Positions 11,275 through 21,490 of a DNA stretch of 64,000 nt are shown in pieces. Within the stretch, counting starts at the first letter, position 1; each line of letters opens with the position of its first letter. Where the stretch lies: the NCBI GenBank assembly GCA_965248535.1, contig CBDFJR010000005.1:640001-704000 (forward strand). The letters run 5' to 3'. The position numbers and the translations under genes are program-made. The notes beneath the pieces are model-generated. The model had not been told where the DNA came from. It did no database searches and saw only the letters and a program-made list of their open reading frames with translations. Source of the DNA: Phormidesmis sp. GTDB taxonomy: Bacteria > Cyanobacteriota > Cyanobacteriia > Leptolyngbyales > Leptolyngbyaceae.

Positions 11275-11841
11275 ATGTTACGTCGAATTTCCTTAGCGTT
11301 GGTCGGCTTGGTCGTCGGCGGAGTGTTAACAATCGTTGGGTTTGCTGCTTACTTTTTAAACTACTCGACGCTGAATCTAGTGGGCTTTTTTTATGGCATT
11401 CCGCTGCTGTTAGGGGGGCTAGCCCTCAAAGCCTCTGAGCTAGAACCTGTGCCGCTAATGGAACCTACCCCAGCCTCAGTTTTAGAGCTTCGGCAGACCC
11501 AAGCCACTCCCACCCAAGTCCAAATTCTCAAAGATGTGACTCGCTTTCGCTATGGGCAGCAGGCCCATTTAGATCTCTCCCTCGGTCATTTGGGGTTAAG
11601 CCCGACGGATGATGAGCGCCCGATCTTGAGAGGAGTGCGAGAAACTGAAGTGGACGGAGCCTATACCCTAATTCTCAATTTTGAATCGCTTCTGGTGCCG
11701 TTTGAGACCTGGCAAACAAAGCAGGAAAAAATGACAACCTTCTTTGGCCCCCATGTGAAAGTGGCGCTAGATAGCCCAGCACCCGATCGGGTCGAAGTTG
11801 CCCTAATCTCAGCACCCGAAGCCGCTTCAGAACCAGTCTAA
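11275..11841 (+). CDS. DUF2854 family membrane protein
   Basis: Two N-terminal TMs, FFYGIPLLLGGLALKASEL, DVTRFRYGQQAHL, FFGP. Confidence 0.85.
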   Translation: MLRRISLALVGLVVGGVLTIVGFAAYFLNYSTLNLVGFFYGIPLLLGGLALKASELEPVPLMEPTPASVLELRQTQATPTQVQILKDVTRFRYGQQAHLDLSLGHLGLSPTDDERPILRGVRETEVDGAYTLILNFESLLVPFETWQTKQEKMTTFFGPHVKVALDSPAPDRVEVALISAPEAASEPV

Positions 11842-11843
11842 AC

Positions 11844-12101
11844 TCATTTCTCTAAGCGCACTGCATACCACTGAAGATAGTCTCCTGTGCCCACATCTAG
11901 GTCACAGGCAGTATCCAATAATTGTTTTGCCTGCTCGTCAACGGATGATAGCGATCGTAGATCTCTCGGCAAATTATCTTGATGCTGAGAGAGCACCGAT
12001 CGCAGCTTTTCTAACATCTCTGCGGCCGTCAAGAACTGTTCTGGCTGATTGGTTTCTAACACCACAAAGTGGTCTTCTCGATACATTAAAGAATCGGGCA
12101 T
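11844..12101 (-). CDS. chlororespiratory reduction 7 (CRR7/DUF3571)-like protein
   Basis: MPDSLMY..D.FVVLETNQPEQFLT and C-terminal YLQWYAVRLEK. Confidence 0.88.
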   Translation of the reverse strand: MPDSLMYREDHFVVLETNQPEQFLTAAEMLEKLRSVLSQHQDNLPRDLRSLSSVDEQAKQLLDTACDLDVGTGDYLQWYAVRLEK

Positions 12102-12253
12102 GGTGGCTCCTGACAATCAGCCTCTATTTTGACATTTACTGATTGAGGTAGATGCAGAAAGTCGTCGAAATCCTCCACGAGTAGGAGCTTTTGACCCAAA
12201 AGCAGTGCTATTAAGGTAAAGACAATGTAATCACCACAGATTATTAAAACTCT

Positions 12254-13210
12254 ATGTTGCGTTCAGCCCGTCTGATTTTTAACCCGGTCGCAGGTCAGAG
12301 CAACCCCGATCTCGATCTCCAGCTAATTCGATCGCTGTTAGCAGAGATTGATTTAGAGGTTGTTCAGACTACTCCAGAAGTTGGGGCAGACGAGTTGGCA
12401 CGGCAAGCAGTCGAGCAGGGAGTCGATGCGGTGATTGCCTCTGGGGGAGACGGCACCCTGTCGGCCGCGGCTAACGCCCTGATTGGCACCCACATTCCCT
12501 TAGGGGTAATTGCGAGGGGCACGGCCAATGCCTTTGCTAATGCTCTGGGCATTCCGACGACGATCGAGCTTGCCTGTGAAACAATCTTGCAGGGGCAAAC
12601 CAAAACTGTAGATGTCGCCTCTTGCAACGGTCAGCCCATGGTGCTGTTGGCGGGCATTGGGTTTGAGGCCGAAGCGGTCGAACTGGCAGACCGAGAGGCA
12701 AAAAATCGGTTTGGGATGCTGGCCTACGTTCTGGCAGGCTTTCAAGCGCTGCGAAATATGAAGCGCTTTGAGGCCCATATTGAAACCGAAGACAGAATTA
12801 TTTCAGTCGAGGCCTGTGCGCTCACGGTGGCTAATGCGGCTCCTCCCACCTCTGTTTTGGCCCAAGGCCCAGCAGGGTTGGTCATTGATGACGGCTTATT
12901 GGATCTGACGATCGTGGCCCCCGCTACCAAAGCAGGAGCGATCGCGGCAACCTATCATCTGTTTCAATCGGCGCTATCGGGCAACCCCACCGAGCGAGAT
13001 GATATCGGCTATCTGCGGGCCAAGCAGTTTAAAATCACGACCGAGCCGCCGCAAAAAGTGGTGGTTGATGGCGAGATGATTGGCACTACCCCGATCGAGA
13101 TTCAGTGCATCTCTGCCGGACTGACGATCTTCGTGCCGACTGTTGAAGAAGCCGCACCGAGCGAAAAACTTGAAGGACTTCCCCACTTAGTGATCGAAAC
13201 CAAATATTAA
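12254..13210 (+). CDS. YegS/Rv2252/BmrU family lipid kinase
   Basis: IFNPVAG, SGGDGT, GTANAFA, VVVDGE. Confidence 0.93.
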   Translation: MLRSARLIFNPVAGQSNPDLDLQLIRSLLAEIDLEVVQTTPEVGADELARQAVEQGVDAVIASGGDGTLSAAANALIGTHIPLGVIARGTANAFANALGIPTTIELACETILQGQTKTVDVASCNGQPMVLLAGIGFEAEAVELADREAKNRFGMLAYVLAGFQALRNMKRFEAHIETEDRIISVEACALTVANAAPPTSVLAQGPAGLVIDDGLLDLTIVAPATKAGAIAATYHLFQSALSGNPTERDDIGYLRAKQFKITTEPPQKVVVDGEMIGTTPIEIQCISAGLTIFVPTVEEAAPSEKLEGLPHLVIETKY

Positions 13211-13415
13211 CGCGCCTTGATCTCACCCTGACTTGCAGAAACTGCCATATAACTAAATAAGCCATCAAAAGAATTCCGATCGCTCGAAAGATCAAGGGGC
13301 TGAGGCAACACTATTGAGGCTGAAATTAGTTTCTGCCCCGATCCCCTTCGAGGATGTGGAAAAATGAGGTAGCGGTTCTGAGTTCCTGGTCAGTTATCAG
13401 TGAGATCAACGTTGA

Positions 13416-16400
13416 ATGCTTGCAGTAAATGTTGAGTGGGCCTTTCTGAGTGCGAACGCGATCGCCGCGCTCTGCAATGTCACGGTCTTGGTGGCGATCG
13501 TCCGTCGCTTGAGGCAGCGGCAGCGGCGATTTCCCTTTGAGACTCGCCTGCTGACCTACTCCCCCGGTGACCCCCGGCAAGAACAGTCCGAGGCGCTGCA
13601 TCGCCAGTCTGTAGCGGTCGAAGCTGCGATCGACGGCATTGCTATCTTCGACAGCCAGGGGTGCTTTCTCTATGTCAACGATGCCCTAGTGCGAATTTTT
13701 GGCTACCGCGACAGCCAAGAGCTAGTGGGCAGATTTTGGCACGAGCTTTACTATGGTGACGAAATTGCTCGACTAGAGCGCGACGTGATTCCCTTTCTCA
13801 AACAAAATGGGCAGTGGCGGGGTGAAGCGATCGCCAAAAAACCCGACGGCAGCACGTTTTTTGAAGAAGTCTCTCTAACGCTCACCGAAGACGGGTTTAT
13901 CTGCATCTGTCGAGATATCACCGAAGCAAAGCAAGCCGAGATTCGCCTAAGACTGCTTGAGCGAGCGATCAGTGCCAGCAGCAACGGCATTATCATCACC
14001 GATGCACGACAGTCTGACAACCCGATGATCTATGTCAACCCAGGGTTTGAGCGGATGACGGGCTACCGGGCAGGCGAAGTATTGGGCAAAAATGGCCGCT
14101 TTCTCGAAGGGCCCGAGGCCAACCAGCCCGCGCTAGCCCATCTCCGCAGCGCCATCAAAGCTGGGTCAGACTGCATTGTCAATCTGCGAAACTATCGCAA
14201 AGACGGCAGACTATTTTGGAACGAGCTATCCATTTCACCCGTGCGAGACTCTGAGGGGCGCTTGACTCACTACATTGGGGTGCAGACCGACACCACTGAG
14301 CGCAAACGGACTGAAGACGCGCTGCAACGACAATTTCAGCGCACGCTGCTGCTCAAACAGATCACCCAAGAGATTCGTCAAAGTTTAGACAGTCAGCAGA
14401 TTGTGCAGACGACCGCGACCCAAGTCGGGCGGGCATTTCGGGTTAATCGCTGTTTGATTCACGCCTATGTGATTACGCCAGAAGATGCCTTGCTGTCTGG
14501 GTTTGAGCTATCTCAACTGGGGGCATCTTTTCCCCAGATTCCACGGGTTGCTGAATATCTAGAGCTAGACTGCTGTGACTCGGTGTCTGATGTTGAGATT
14601 TCGATCGAGGGCAACCCCTACACTGAGGCGGTGTTAGGGCACGATCGGGCGATCGCCTCCCCCGATGTCAACGTCGATCCGCTCCTGATTCCTGTGGCAG
14701 ATCTCTGTCGGCAACTCCATCTCAAATCAATGCTGACGGTTCGCACGTCTTATCAAGGGGAAACCAACGGTGTGATTGGCTTGCACCAGTGCGATCGATT
14801 TCGGCAGTGGAGCGAAGACGAAATCGAACTTCTAGAGGCGGTTGCAGACCAGGTAGGCATTGCCCTAGCGCAAGCTCGGCTGCTCAAGCAAGAAACCCTT
14901 CAGCGAGAAAAACTCACCGAACAGAACTTTGCCCTCGAAAAAGCCAAACGAGTTGCAGAATCGGCCAACCGCGCCAAAAGTGAGTTTTTGGCAACCATGA
15001 GCCACGAAATTCGCACCCCGATGAATGCGGTGATTGGGTTGACGGGGTTGCTGCTAGATATGAAGCTGACCTATCAGCAGCGCGACTTTATCGAGACCAT
15101 TCGCAGCAGTGGCGACAGCTTGCTGACGATTATTAACGAAATTTTAGACTTCTCAAAAATCGAGTCGGGCAAACTAGAGCTAGAGCAGCAGCCGTTTAAT
15201 CTGCAAGCCTGCATCGGAGAGTCGATCGATCTCTTAGTCGCCAAAGCAGCCGAAAAAGACCTGCATCTGTCTTATCAGATCACACCCCAAGTGCCGACGG
15301 TGATTTTAGGAGACATCACCCGGCTGCGGCAGGTGTTGGTCAATCTTCTCAGCAACGCCATCAAGTTTACTGACGCAGGGCGGATCGTGGTTTGGGTGGA
15401 TGCGCGTCAATTGCCCGACAAAAGAACGGATTCTAAGCTCCAATCGCCAAAGTCTAGCCTGCAAACCCCAACCTATGAGCTACAGTTTGCTGTTAAAGAC
15501 ACGGGAATTGGCATTCCGCCCGATCGCATGGAGCGGCTGTTTAAATCCTTTAGCCAGGTCGATTCTTCCACCAGCCGACAATATGGGGGCACGGGGCTGG
15601 GGCTAGCGATCAGCAAGCGTCTCAGCGAGTTGATGGGCGGGCGGATGTGGGTTGAAAGTCGCGGTCAAATTGGGGGCGATTGCCCCGCTTACTATCGCAA
15701 ACTGAGCGGGCTAGACGCAGCCCAGAGTCAGCCGCAGGGATCGACGTTTTGCTTTACGATCGTCACCAGTCCCGGCAGTGCCGATCTCACCGCGATCGCT
15801 GAAGAGACCCCCGATCGCCTCAGGTCTGAGAAAGCCGTAGACTCTGATCTCGCTTCATCTGGCTTAGAGTCTTTAAGAACTTTATCGCGCATCCTTCCCT
15901 CCCTCAGCCCTCAGCCACAGCCGCTGAGAATTTTGCTAGCCGAAGATAACGTCGTCAACCAAAAGGTGGCGCTGCACCTGCTGCAACGCTTGGGCTATCG
16001 AGCCGACATTGCCGGAAACGGCTTAGAAGTATTAGAGGCCCTTCATCGCCAGACCTATGATGTTGTGCTGATGGATGTGCAAATGCCAGAAATGGATGGA
16101 CTAACTGCCACAGAGCGCATTTGTCAAGAGTGGCCGGTGGGCAAACGCCCCCAAGTGGTTGCGATGACGGCCAATGCAATGGAGGGCGATCGCCAGATTT
16201 GTCTCAACGCCGGAATGAGGGATTATCTCAGCAAACCCATTCGGATCGAGGCTCTAAAACTGGCCCTCAGCCAATGTCAGCCGTTGAGCAGCCCAGAGAC
16301 AGGGCTATCTAGCTCGCCCTCAAGCACGGCTCAGGTCGCGGCCTCTATTTCCATCCAAACAGCCGTTAGTGCCCACGCACTGCGAGACATTGGTGGTTTA

Positions 16401-16712
16401 TCAGGCGATAATGGCCCCTTACTCACTGAGATCATTCGTAGCTATTTAACGGATGCCTTAAAACTCATTCAAGAGATTAAAACCTCAGTTCAGGTCGGAG
16501 ATTTCTTTGCGCTTCAGCAGACCGCGCACACGCTCAAGTCCACCAGTGCTATGTTAGGCGCAACTCCCCTATCTGAGTTGTGCCAGGAGTTAGAGAAAAT
16601 GGCTCAAATGGGAAGTCTAGAAAGCATTGCCTCAAAAGTGCGCCAACTGGAGGCGGAATACGATCGTGTCAAAGCCTCGCTTCAAATGGAACTTCAGCAA
16701 TGTCAGAGATAA
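13416..16712 (+). CDS. hybrid sensor histidine kinase (TM-PAS-PAS/LOV-GAF-HisKA-HATPase-REC-HPt)
   Basis: MSHEIRTPMN, NLLSNAIKFT, DTGIGI, GGTGLGL, receiver LLAEDN...MDVQMP...KP, HPt AHTLKSTS. Confidence 0.95.
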   Translation: MLAVNVEWAFLSANAIAALCNVTVLVAIVRRLRQRQRRFPFETRLLTYSPGDPRQEQSEALHRQSVAVEAAIDGIAIFDSQGCFLYVNDALVRIFGYRDSQELVGRFWHELYYGDEIARLERDVIPFLKQNGQWRGEAIAKKPDGSTFFEEVSLTLTEDGFICICRDITEAKQAEIRLRLLERAISASSNGIIITDARQSDNPMIYVNPGFERMTGYRAGEVLGKNGRFLEGPEANQPALAHLRSAIKAGSDCIVNLRNYRKDGRLFWNELSISPVRDSEGRLTHYIGVQTDTTERKRTEDALQRQFQRTLLLKQITQEIRQSLDSQQIVQTTATQVGRAFRVNRCLIHAYVITPEDALLSGFELSQLGASFPQIPRVAEYLELDCCDSVSDVEISIEGNPYTEAVLGHDRAIASPDVNVDPLLIPVADLCRQLHLKSMLTVRTSYQGETNGVIGLHQCDRFRQWSEDEIELLEAVADQVGIALAQARLLKQETLQREKLTEQNFALEKAKRVAESANRAKSEFLATMSHEIRTPMNAVIGLTGLLLDMKLTYQQRDFIETIRSSGDSLLTIINEILDFSKIESGKLELEQQPFNLQACIGESIDLLVAKAAEKDLHLSYQITPQVPTVILGDITRLRQVLVNLLSNAIKFTDAGRIVVWVDARQLPDKRTDSKLQSPKSSLQTPTYELQFAVKDTGIGIPPDRMERLFKSFSQVDSSTSRQYGGTGLGLAISKRLSELMGGRMWVESRGQIGGDCPAYYRKLSGLDAAQSQPQGSTFCFTIVTSPGSADLTAIAEETPDRLRSEKAVDSDLASSGLESLRTLSRILPSLSPQPQPLRILLAEDNVVNQKVALHLLQRLGYRADIAGNGLEVLEALHRQTYDVVLMDVQMPEMDGLTATERICQEWPVGKRPQVVAMTANAMEGDRQICLNAGMRDYLSKPIRIEALKLALSQCQPLSSPETGLSSSPSSTAQVAASISIQTAVSAHALRDIGGLSGDNGPLLTEIIRSYLTDALKLIQEIKTSVQVGDFFALQQTAHTLKSTSAMLGATPLSELCQELEKMAQMGSLESIASKVRQLEAEYDRVKASLQMELQQCQR

Positions 16713-17656
16713 CGCCCTCTCACACGCCCCCGCTGATCTTGATTGCAGATGACGACAAGACCACTCGCATGGGTCTGCGTCAAGCGATGGAGCAAGAAGG
16801 CTATCAGGTTGTAGAGGCGATCGACGGCGAGAGTTGCGTGGCGCTGTTTTCTCGCTTGCATCCTGATGTCGTGTTGCTGGATGCGATCATGCCGATTATG
16901 GATGGCTTTGCTTGCTGCGCCCGCATTCAGCAACTGCAAGGCAGCACTCGGACTCCGGTGCTGATGATTACGGGGCTTGAAGATCAAGACTCGGTGGATC
17001 AGGCTTTTACAGCCGGGGCAGTCGATTACATCACAAAGCCGATTCACTGGGCGGTGCTGCGGCAGCGAGTTCGCCGACTGATTCAGCAGGTTAGACTCTA
17101 TCAGCAGCTTGAAGATGCCAACTCTGAGCTTCAGCGCCTGGCCACGGTCGATGGTTTAACTCAAGTCGCAAACCGTCGTCGCTTTGATGAATATCTAGAC
17201 GATGAATGGCAGCGGATGATGCGAGAGCAACTGCCCTTATCGCTAATCTTGTGCGACATTGACTGTTTTAAGCTTTTTAATGACACCTATGGGCATCAAG
17301 CAGGCGATGACTGCTTGCGAAAGGTGGCTCAGGTGATGCAATCGGCGGCAAAACGGGCGATCGATCTCTGTGCCCGCTATGGCGGCGAAGAATTTGCGGT
17401 GGTCTTGCCCCACACTGAGCGGCTAGGAGCTATTCAGGTGGCTCAGGGGATTGGGAGCGGCGTTAAAGCGCTAAAGATTACTCATGCCAGTTCTAAAGTG
17501 ACTCGTGTGGTGACGGTTAGCTTGGGGGTTGCCACAACGATACCCAGTCTAGACAGCAGCCTTGAGAGGCTGATTATGGCAGCCGATAAGGCCCTCTACC
17601 AGGCAAAAGCTGCTGGGCGCGATCGCGTTTGCACTCAAATGATCAAATCAAGCTAG
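16700..17656 (+). CDS. PleD-like response regulator diguanylate cyclase (REC-GGDEF)
   Basis: ILIADDD/LLDAIMP receiver, DGLTQVANRR, DIDCFK, I-site RAID, ARYGGEEF; start overlaps the kinase end. Confidence 0.94.
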   Translation: MSEITPSHTPPLILIADDDKTTRMGLRQAMEQEGYQVVEAIDGESCVALFSRLHPDVVLLDAIMPIMDGFACCARIQQLQGSTRTPVLMITGLEDQDSVDQAFTAGAVDYITKPIHWAVLRQRVRRLIQQVRLYQQLEDANSELQRLATVDGLTQVANRRRFDEYLDDEWQRMMREQLPLSLILCDIDCFKLFNDTYGHQAGDDCLRKVAQVMQSAAKRAIDLCARYGGEEFAVVLPHTERLGAIQVAQGIGSGVKALKITHASSKVTRVVTVSLGVATTIPSLDSSLERLIMAADKALYQAKAAGRDRVCTQMIKSS

Positions 17657-18100
17657 GCATTGCCAATGAGGACAGGCCATGAGCGTGCGATCGCTCAGGC
17701 TGCCTTGAGTCAGATCGAACTGGTTACCACGAGTCAGTTGATAGCTCGCACCTTGGCAAAGCCTATCGTTAGAAAATAGCGGTTTTATAGTTAGCCAAGA
17801 ATTATTAATTCTCAGCTTTTTTTGTGTGACACTTTGCAAACAGACCATCTCTTATCTATTAGGAGAAGTCTGCATATTACAACTGAAATGTAGAGAGGTT
17901 AGTGCCCTAAGCATTTTAACAACTCTAGGTTCCTTACTCAAGAATTCAAAGATTTCTACTGACAAACACAGAGCTTCAAGACTCCTTCAATAAGCCTTTA
18001 ACTCGTAGAAATCAAAAGAACTTTCAGGAACAAATCACTCTCTTCTTACGACTCTAAAAGTAAGAGAAACACAAACACTAAAGTACTCAGAGAACCGAAC

Positions 18101-18631
18101 ATGAAACTCTCTTTTAAGACCCTCTCAACTCTTTCTGCCCTCTCTGCTCTGGTTCTGGTTCCTGCCTTTTTGGGTGCAGGCTCCGCTTCTGCACAGCCCG
18201 TTCGCTTCGACGGCAGCTATGTGGGTGCAGGCATCTCGGCAGGCGTAACCAATGGCGGTCGCGACAATGATGCTGCTGTGTTTGGCGGCAACGTTCAAGG
18301 TCGCTTTGCAGTGCCTAATGCACCCGTTTCTGTCCGAGGAGCGGTGCTCTTCACAGGCGACAACAGCGCTGTGATTCCTAGTGTGACCTACGATTTGCCC
18401 ATCAACAGCAAGACAAACGTCTATGTCGGGCCCGGATATTCCTTTGTGCAAAACAACGATCGCTCCTCTCAAATCGGCAACAAAGACTCAGCCGTGCTGA
18501 CGGCGGGCGTAGAATCTCAAGTTGCAAAAGGGGTCGTAGTCTACAGTGATGCTAAGTATGGCATCAACGCTTATCAAGGCAGTGGCGCTGGGTCGCTGAG
18601 TGTGCAAGCTGGAGTTGGCGTTCAGTTCTAA
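18101..18631 (+). CDS. small outer-membrane beta-barrel protein
   Basis: Signal peptide (ASA-Q), alternating beta strands, C-terminal GVGVQF. Confidence 0.85.
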   Translation: MKLSFKTLSTLSALSALVLVPAFLGAGSASAQPVRFDGSYVGAGISAGVTNGGRDNDAAVFGGNVQGRFAVPNAPVSVRGAVLFTGDNSAVIPSVTYDLPINSKTNVYVGPGYSFVQNNDRSSQIGNKDSAVLTAGVESQVAKGVVVYSDAKYGINAYQGSGAGSLSVQAGVGVQF

Positions 18632-18708
18632 GTCAACCTAGTTTTTGATTCTAACTCGTTTGTTTCCTGCTAGGGCATTCTGTTAAGTTCAACGCCAATT
18701 ACAGTGTG

Positions 18709-18744
18709 AACGATTCTCAGTCTATCGATTGAGAATCGTTTTTT
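18709..18744 (+). terminator. intrinsic terminator
   Basis: AACGATTCTCA / TGAGAATCGTT stem followed by a T run. Confidence 0.7.
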
Positions 18745-18887
18745 ATTTGCCGATTTCTTTGACCTAAAGAGAGAGGTAAATCTCAACATTTTCTACCAAA
18801 ATTAAGTTAATAAATTATAGATAAAGACTCAACAGCAGTCAGCATCTAAAGTTGACACATCTGCAACAAGTTTTATGGGAGTTAACC

Positions 18888-19730
18888 ATGTCTAACCCTG
18901 TTAAAGAAAAAATTTCGACCGATTTAAAGCAAGTTAAAGAAGTTGGGCAACTCCGCACTGATCGAATTCGTGAAATCGTTCAAGCGGCCGTTTCTCAAGT
19001 CGCCTCGGAGTTGAAAACTGGCTCTAGTGAGCTACGATCGCTCGTCAAAGATGCCTTCACATCGGCAATTTCAGGGGTTCAAGAAGGCGGCGTACATCTC
19101 AAAGACGAAGTGACGGCTTCGGTTGAGGGCGTGATCGAGGGCATTAGTCGAGCGCGGCAAACCAAGATTTCAGAAACCGAAGCCGAAGTCAAGCGGCTTC
19201 AGTCTCAACTCGATCAAGAAGAAGACCAACTCGATCAAGATGTCGAAGCGGGTTTAGAGGGGCTGAAAGAGGCAAGCCAAGAGATGTCAGCCGAAGTTAG
19301 GGAGCAGATCGAGCAAGCGATCGAGACCATTCGCAATAGTGAGGAAGTGGCGTTACTCAAAAAACGCTATGCTCAACTTCAGACGCAGGCTGCCATCTTG
19401 AGAGCCAATCTAGCGGCGCGCAGTGAGTCTTATTACGATCGTGCTCAAGACCACTTAGAGGATGCCAAAACTTGGTATCAGCAAGCTAAACCCAAAGCAG
19501 AAGTTGCTAAAGAGCAAGCTGATCAAAAAGTCAATGAGCTTGAAACCAAACTCGGTGAAGCGGGCAGCGCTTTGGCTAAAAAAGAGCGGCAAGTCCGGGG
19601 GTTGCTGAGAGATCTACTTAAACACGCCGCAGACTCGCTTAAAGAAGGTGACAAAGAGACGACAGGGCGATCGTCGATCGAGCTACCTGCGGCTAAACAG
19701 ATTGAGATCGAGCTTGATGAGCAGCGCTAA
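18888..19730 (+). CDS. all-helical coiled-coil hypothetical protein
   Basis: ATG 18888 after GGGAG; E/K/Q/A-rich helical sequence with no enzyme motif. Confidence 0.75.
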   Translation: MSNPVKEKISTDLKQVKEVGQLRTDRIREIVQAAVSQVASELKTGSSELRSLVKDAFTSAISGVQEGGVHLKDEVTASVEGVIEGISRARQTKISETEAEVKRLQSQLDQEEDQLDQDVEAGLEGLKEASQEMSAEVREQIEQAIETIRNSEEVALLKKRYAQLQTQAAILRANLAARSESYYDRAQDHLEDAKTWYQQAKPKAEVAKEQADQKVNELETKLGEAGSALAKKERQVRGLLRDLLKHAADSLKEGDKETTGRSSIELPAAKQIEIELDEQR

Positions 19731-19783
19731 ATTTCAGAAATCAGGATCGAGGATTGGGGTCTAGGGGTATTGGCATAGATAAT

Positions 19784-19804
19784 GGGCACGGCATTGCCGT
19801 GCCC
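19784..19804. repeat. REP-like palindrome
   Basis: GGGCACGGCA-T-TGCCGTGCCC between convergent genes; related copy at 34121-34140. Confidence 0.7.
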
Positions 19805-19860
19805 TTACTTGCTGCGGTCTTGGGGAGGGGGAAGGCTTGAGAGGGGGGATTTTGTAGGCG

Positions 19861-21084
19861 CTATTTTAAGTCGGTGACGCGCCAGCTAAGTTTGAGATTG
19901 ATCCAGAAATTCCAGAAGGTGACGATCGCGATCGCCACCAGCTTGGCCGCAAATTCGTTCATGCCAAATGCGTCGTGCAGCAAACTGACGAGCAGCGCTT
20001 GCAAAATAATGCCTGCCAAACAGACGATGTTGAACTTTAAGAACCGTTTCAGGCGCTGACTCTTTTTAGGTTGTCGTTTAGACACGTCTCTAAACGTCCA
20101 TAAATCATTCCAGAGAAAGTTATTGATCACGGCTACTTCGGCCGACAAAATTGTGCTACGGGCGATCGGCAATCCCAACTGCGTCCGCAGCAGATAAAAT
20201 ACCGCCAAATCAACAAACACCCCGCTAAACCCGACTAAGCCAAACCTGAGAAACCGAGCGATCGGAAACCGCTCTCTGAGGCGCTCGATTCGTCCACGCG
20301 ATCGCAGCTTTGCCAAGTGCATCAGATATTCGACATACTGCCGCCAGGTGACTTTGCTTTCGCCTTCTTGCCGCTCTTGAAACACGTAGCCAACTTCGGC
20401 CACCTCGCGAATGTTGCCCCGACCCAAAATTTCAATCAGAATTTTGTAGCCGAGCGGATTCATCAAACAGTCGGCGATCGCGGCCCGGCGCACCATAAAA
20501 TAGCCGCTCATGGGGTCAGAGACGCGCCCAATCACCTGGGGCAAGATGATCAGCCCTAGCAGTTGAGCACCCCGCGAAAGCATTCGTCGCACAAACCCCC
20601 AATCGCTGGTGCCGCCGCCTTCAATATGCCGACTGCCCACGGCCAAGTCTGCCCCTTGCTCGATCGTCTCTAAAAGCTGAATCAACACCTCTGGAGGATG
20701 CTGCAAATCGCCGTCAATGACCCCCAACACTTGCCCAGTTGAGGCTTGCCATCCCCGAATCACCGCCGTTGATAGCCCTCGCTCGGTTTGGCGACGCATC
20801 ACCCGCAGATGGGGATGGCTCGACATGAGTTTTTGGGCAAGTTCCCAGGTGCGATCGGGGCTATCATCATCAACCACAATCAATTCGTAGTCATTAGGCA
20901 ATGCCCGATCTAACAATCGGCTGAGAATTTCAACGATCTGCCGAATGTTTTTGCCCTCATTGTAGGTAGGCACAACCAGCGAAAAGTAGACAGGTCGAGT
21001 CATCAGCAAGGGATCGGGCGTAGAAGGCACCTCTAGCGCCCCCGACGGCACAGACAAAAGCGCGTAAGATAATTCAGGTCTCAT
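19861..21084 (-). CDS. polyprenol-phosphate glycosyltransferase (GT2, DPM1-like) fused to a GtrA flippase-like domain
   Basis: VVPTYNE, VVDDDSPD, IDGDLQHPP, DPMSGYF, then FLRFGLVGFSG...NNFLWNDLWTF; ORF extends to 21126. Confidence 0.9.
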   Translation of the reverse strand: MRPELSYALLSVPSGALEVPSTPDPLLMTRPVYFSLVVPTYNEGKNIRQIVEILSRLLDRALPNDYELIVVDDDSPDRTWELAQKLMSSHPHLRVMRRQTERGLSTAVIRGWQASTGQVLGVIDGDLQHPPEVLIQLLETIEQGADLAVGSRHIEGGGTSDWGFVRRMLSRGAQLLGLIILPQVIGRVSDPMSGYFMVRRAAIADCLMNPLGYKILIEILGRGNIREVAEVGYVFQERQEGESKVTWRQYVEYLMHLAKLRSRGRIERLRERFPIARFLRFGLVGFSGVFVDLAVFYLLRTQLGLPIARSTILSAEVAVINNFLWNDLWTFRDVSKRQPKKSQRLKRFLKFNIVCLAGIILQALLVSLLHDAFGMNEFAAKLVAIAIVTFWNFWINLKLSWRVTDLK

Positions 21085-21490
21085 AAGGCGATCGAGGCAG
21101 AGAGCAAATCCAGCTTTAAGGCTCAAGAGGCAGACCTATCCACTGGCTGATTTTTAAACCTGCTGATCCACGATCGCAAGAGCATTCTCACGATCGCATC
21201 TAGCTAAAGCATTAACAAAACGTTAAGTGCAGCGATGCCGTTAACAAAACTACTTTAAGAGAGATTCTTCCCTAAGTCACCCCTGCTGATAGAAATGTGC
21301 CCAAACGAATTGCTGAGAGATCCCCATCCAGATCCTGAGTTAAGGATGACAAATTTATGCAGAACGGTTTGATCGACGCGGGGCTATGGCAAGACATCAA
21401 TCTCTCTCTAAGCTAGGATTGTGGCGTTTGTGGCGCTAGCCAATCCTCAAGAAGTGCCTAGAAGGTTTGTAGCGCTAGCAACGGCTTCTC

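Noticed and set aside
14380..14880. GAF domain of the hybrid kinase as a bilin-binding cyanobacteriochrome
   Set aside because: Lacks the Asp motif and the CH/CY chromophore-attachment motif
21426..21479. Direct repeat GTTTGTRGCGCTAGC x2 upstream of hpsL
   Set aside because: Only two copies and no recognisable regulator consensus
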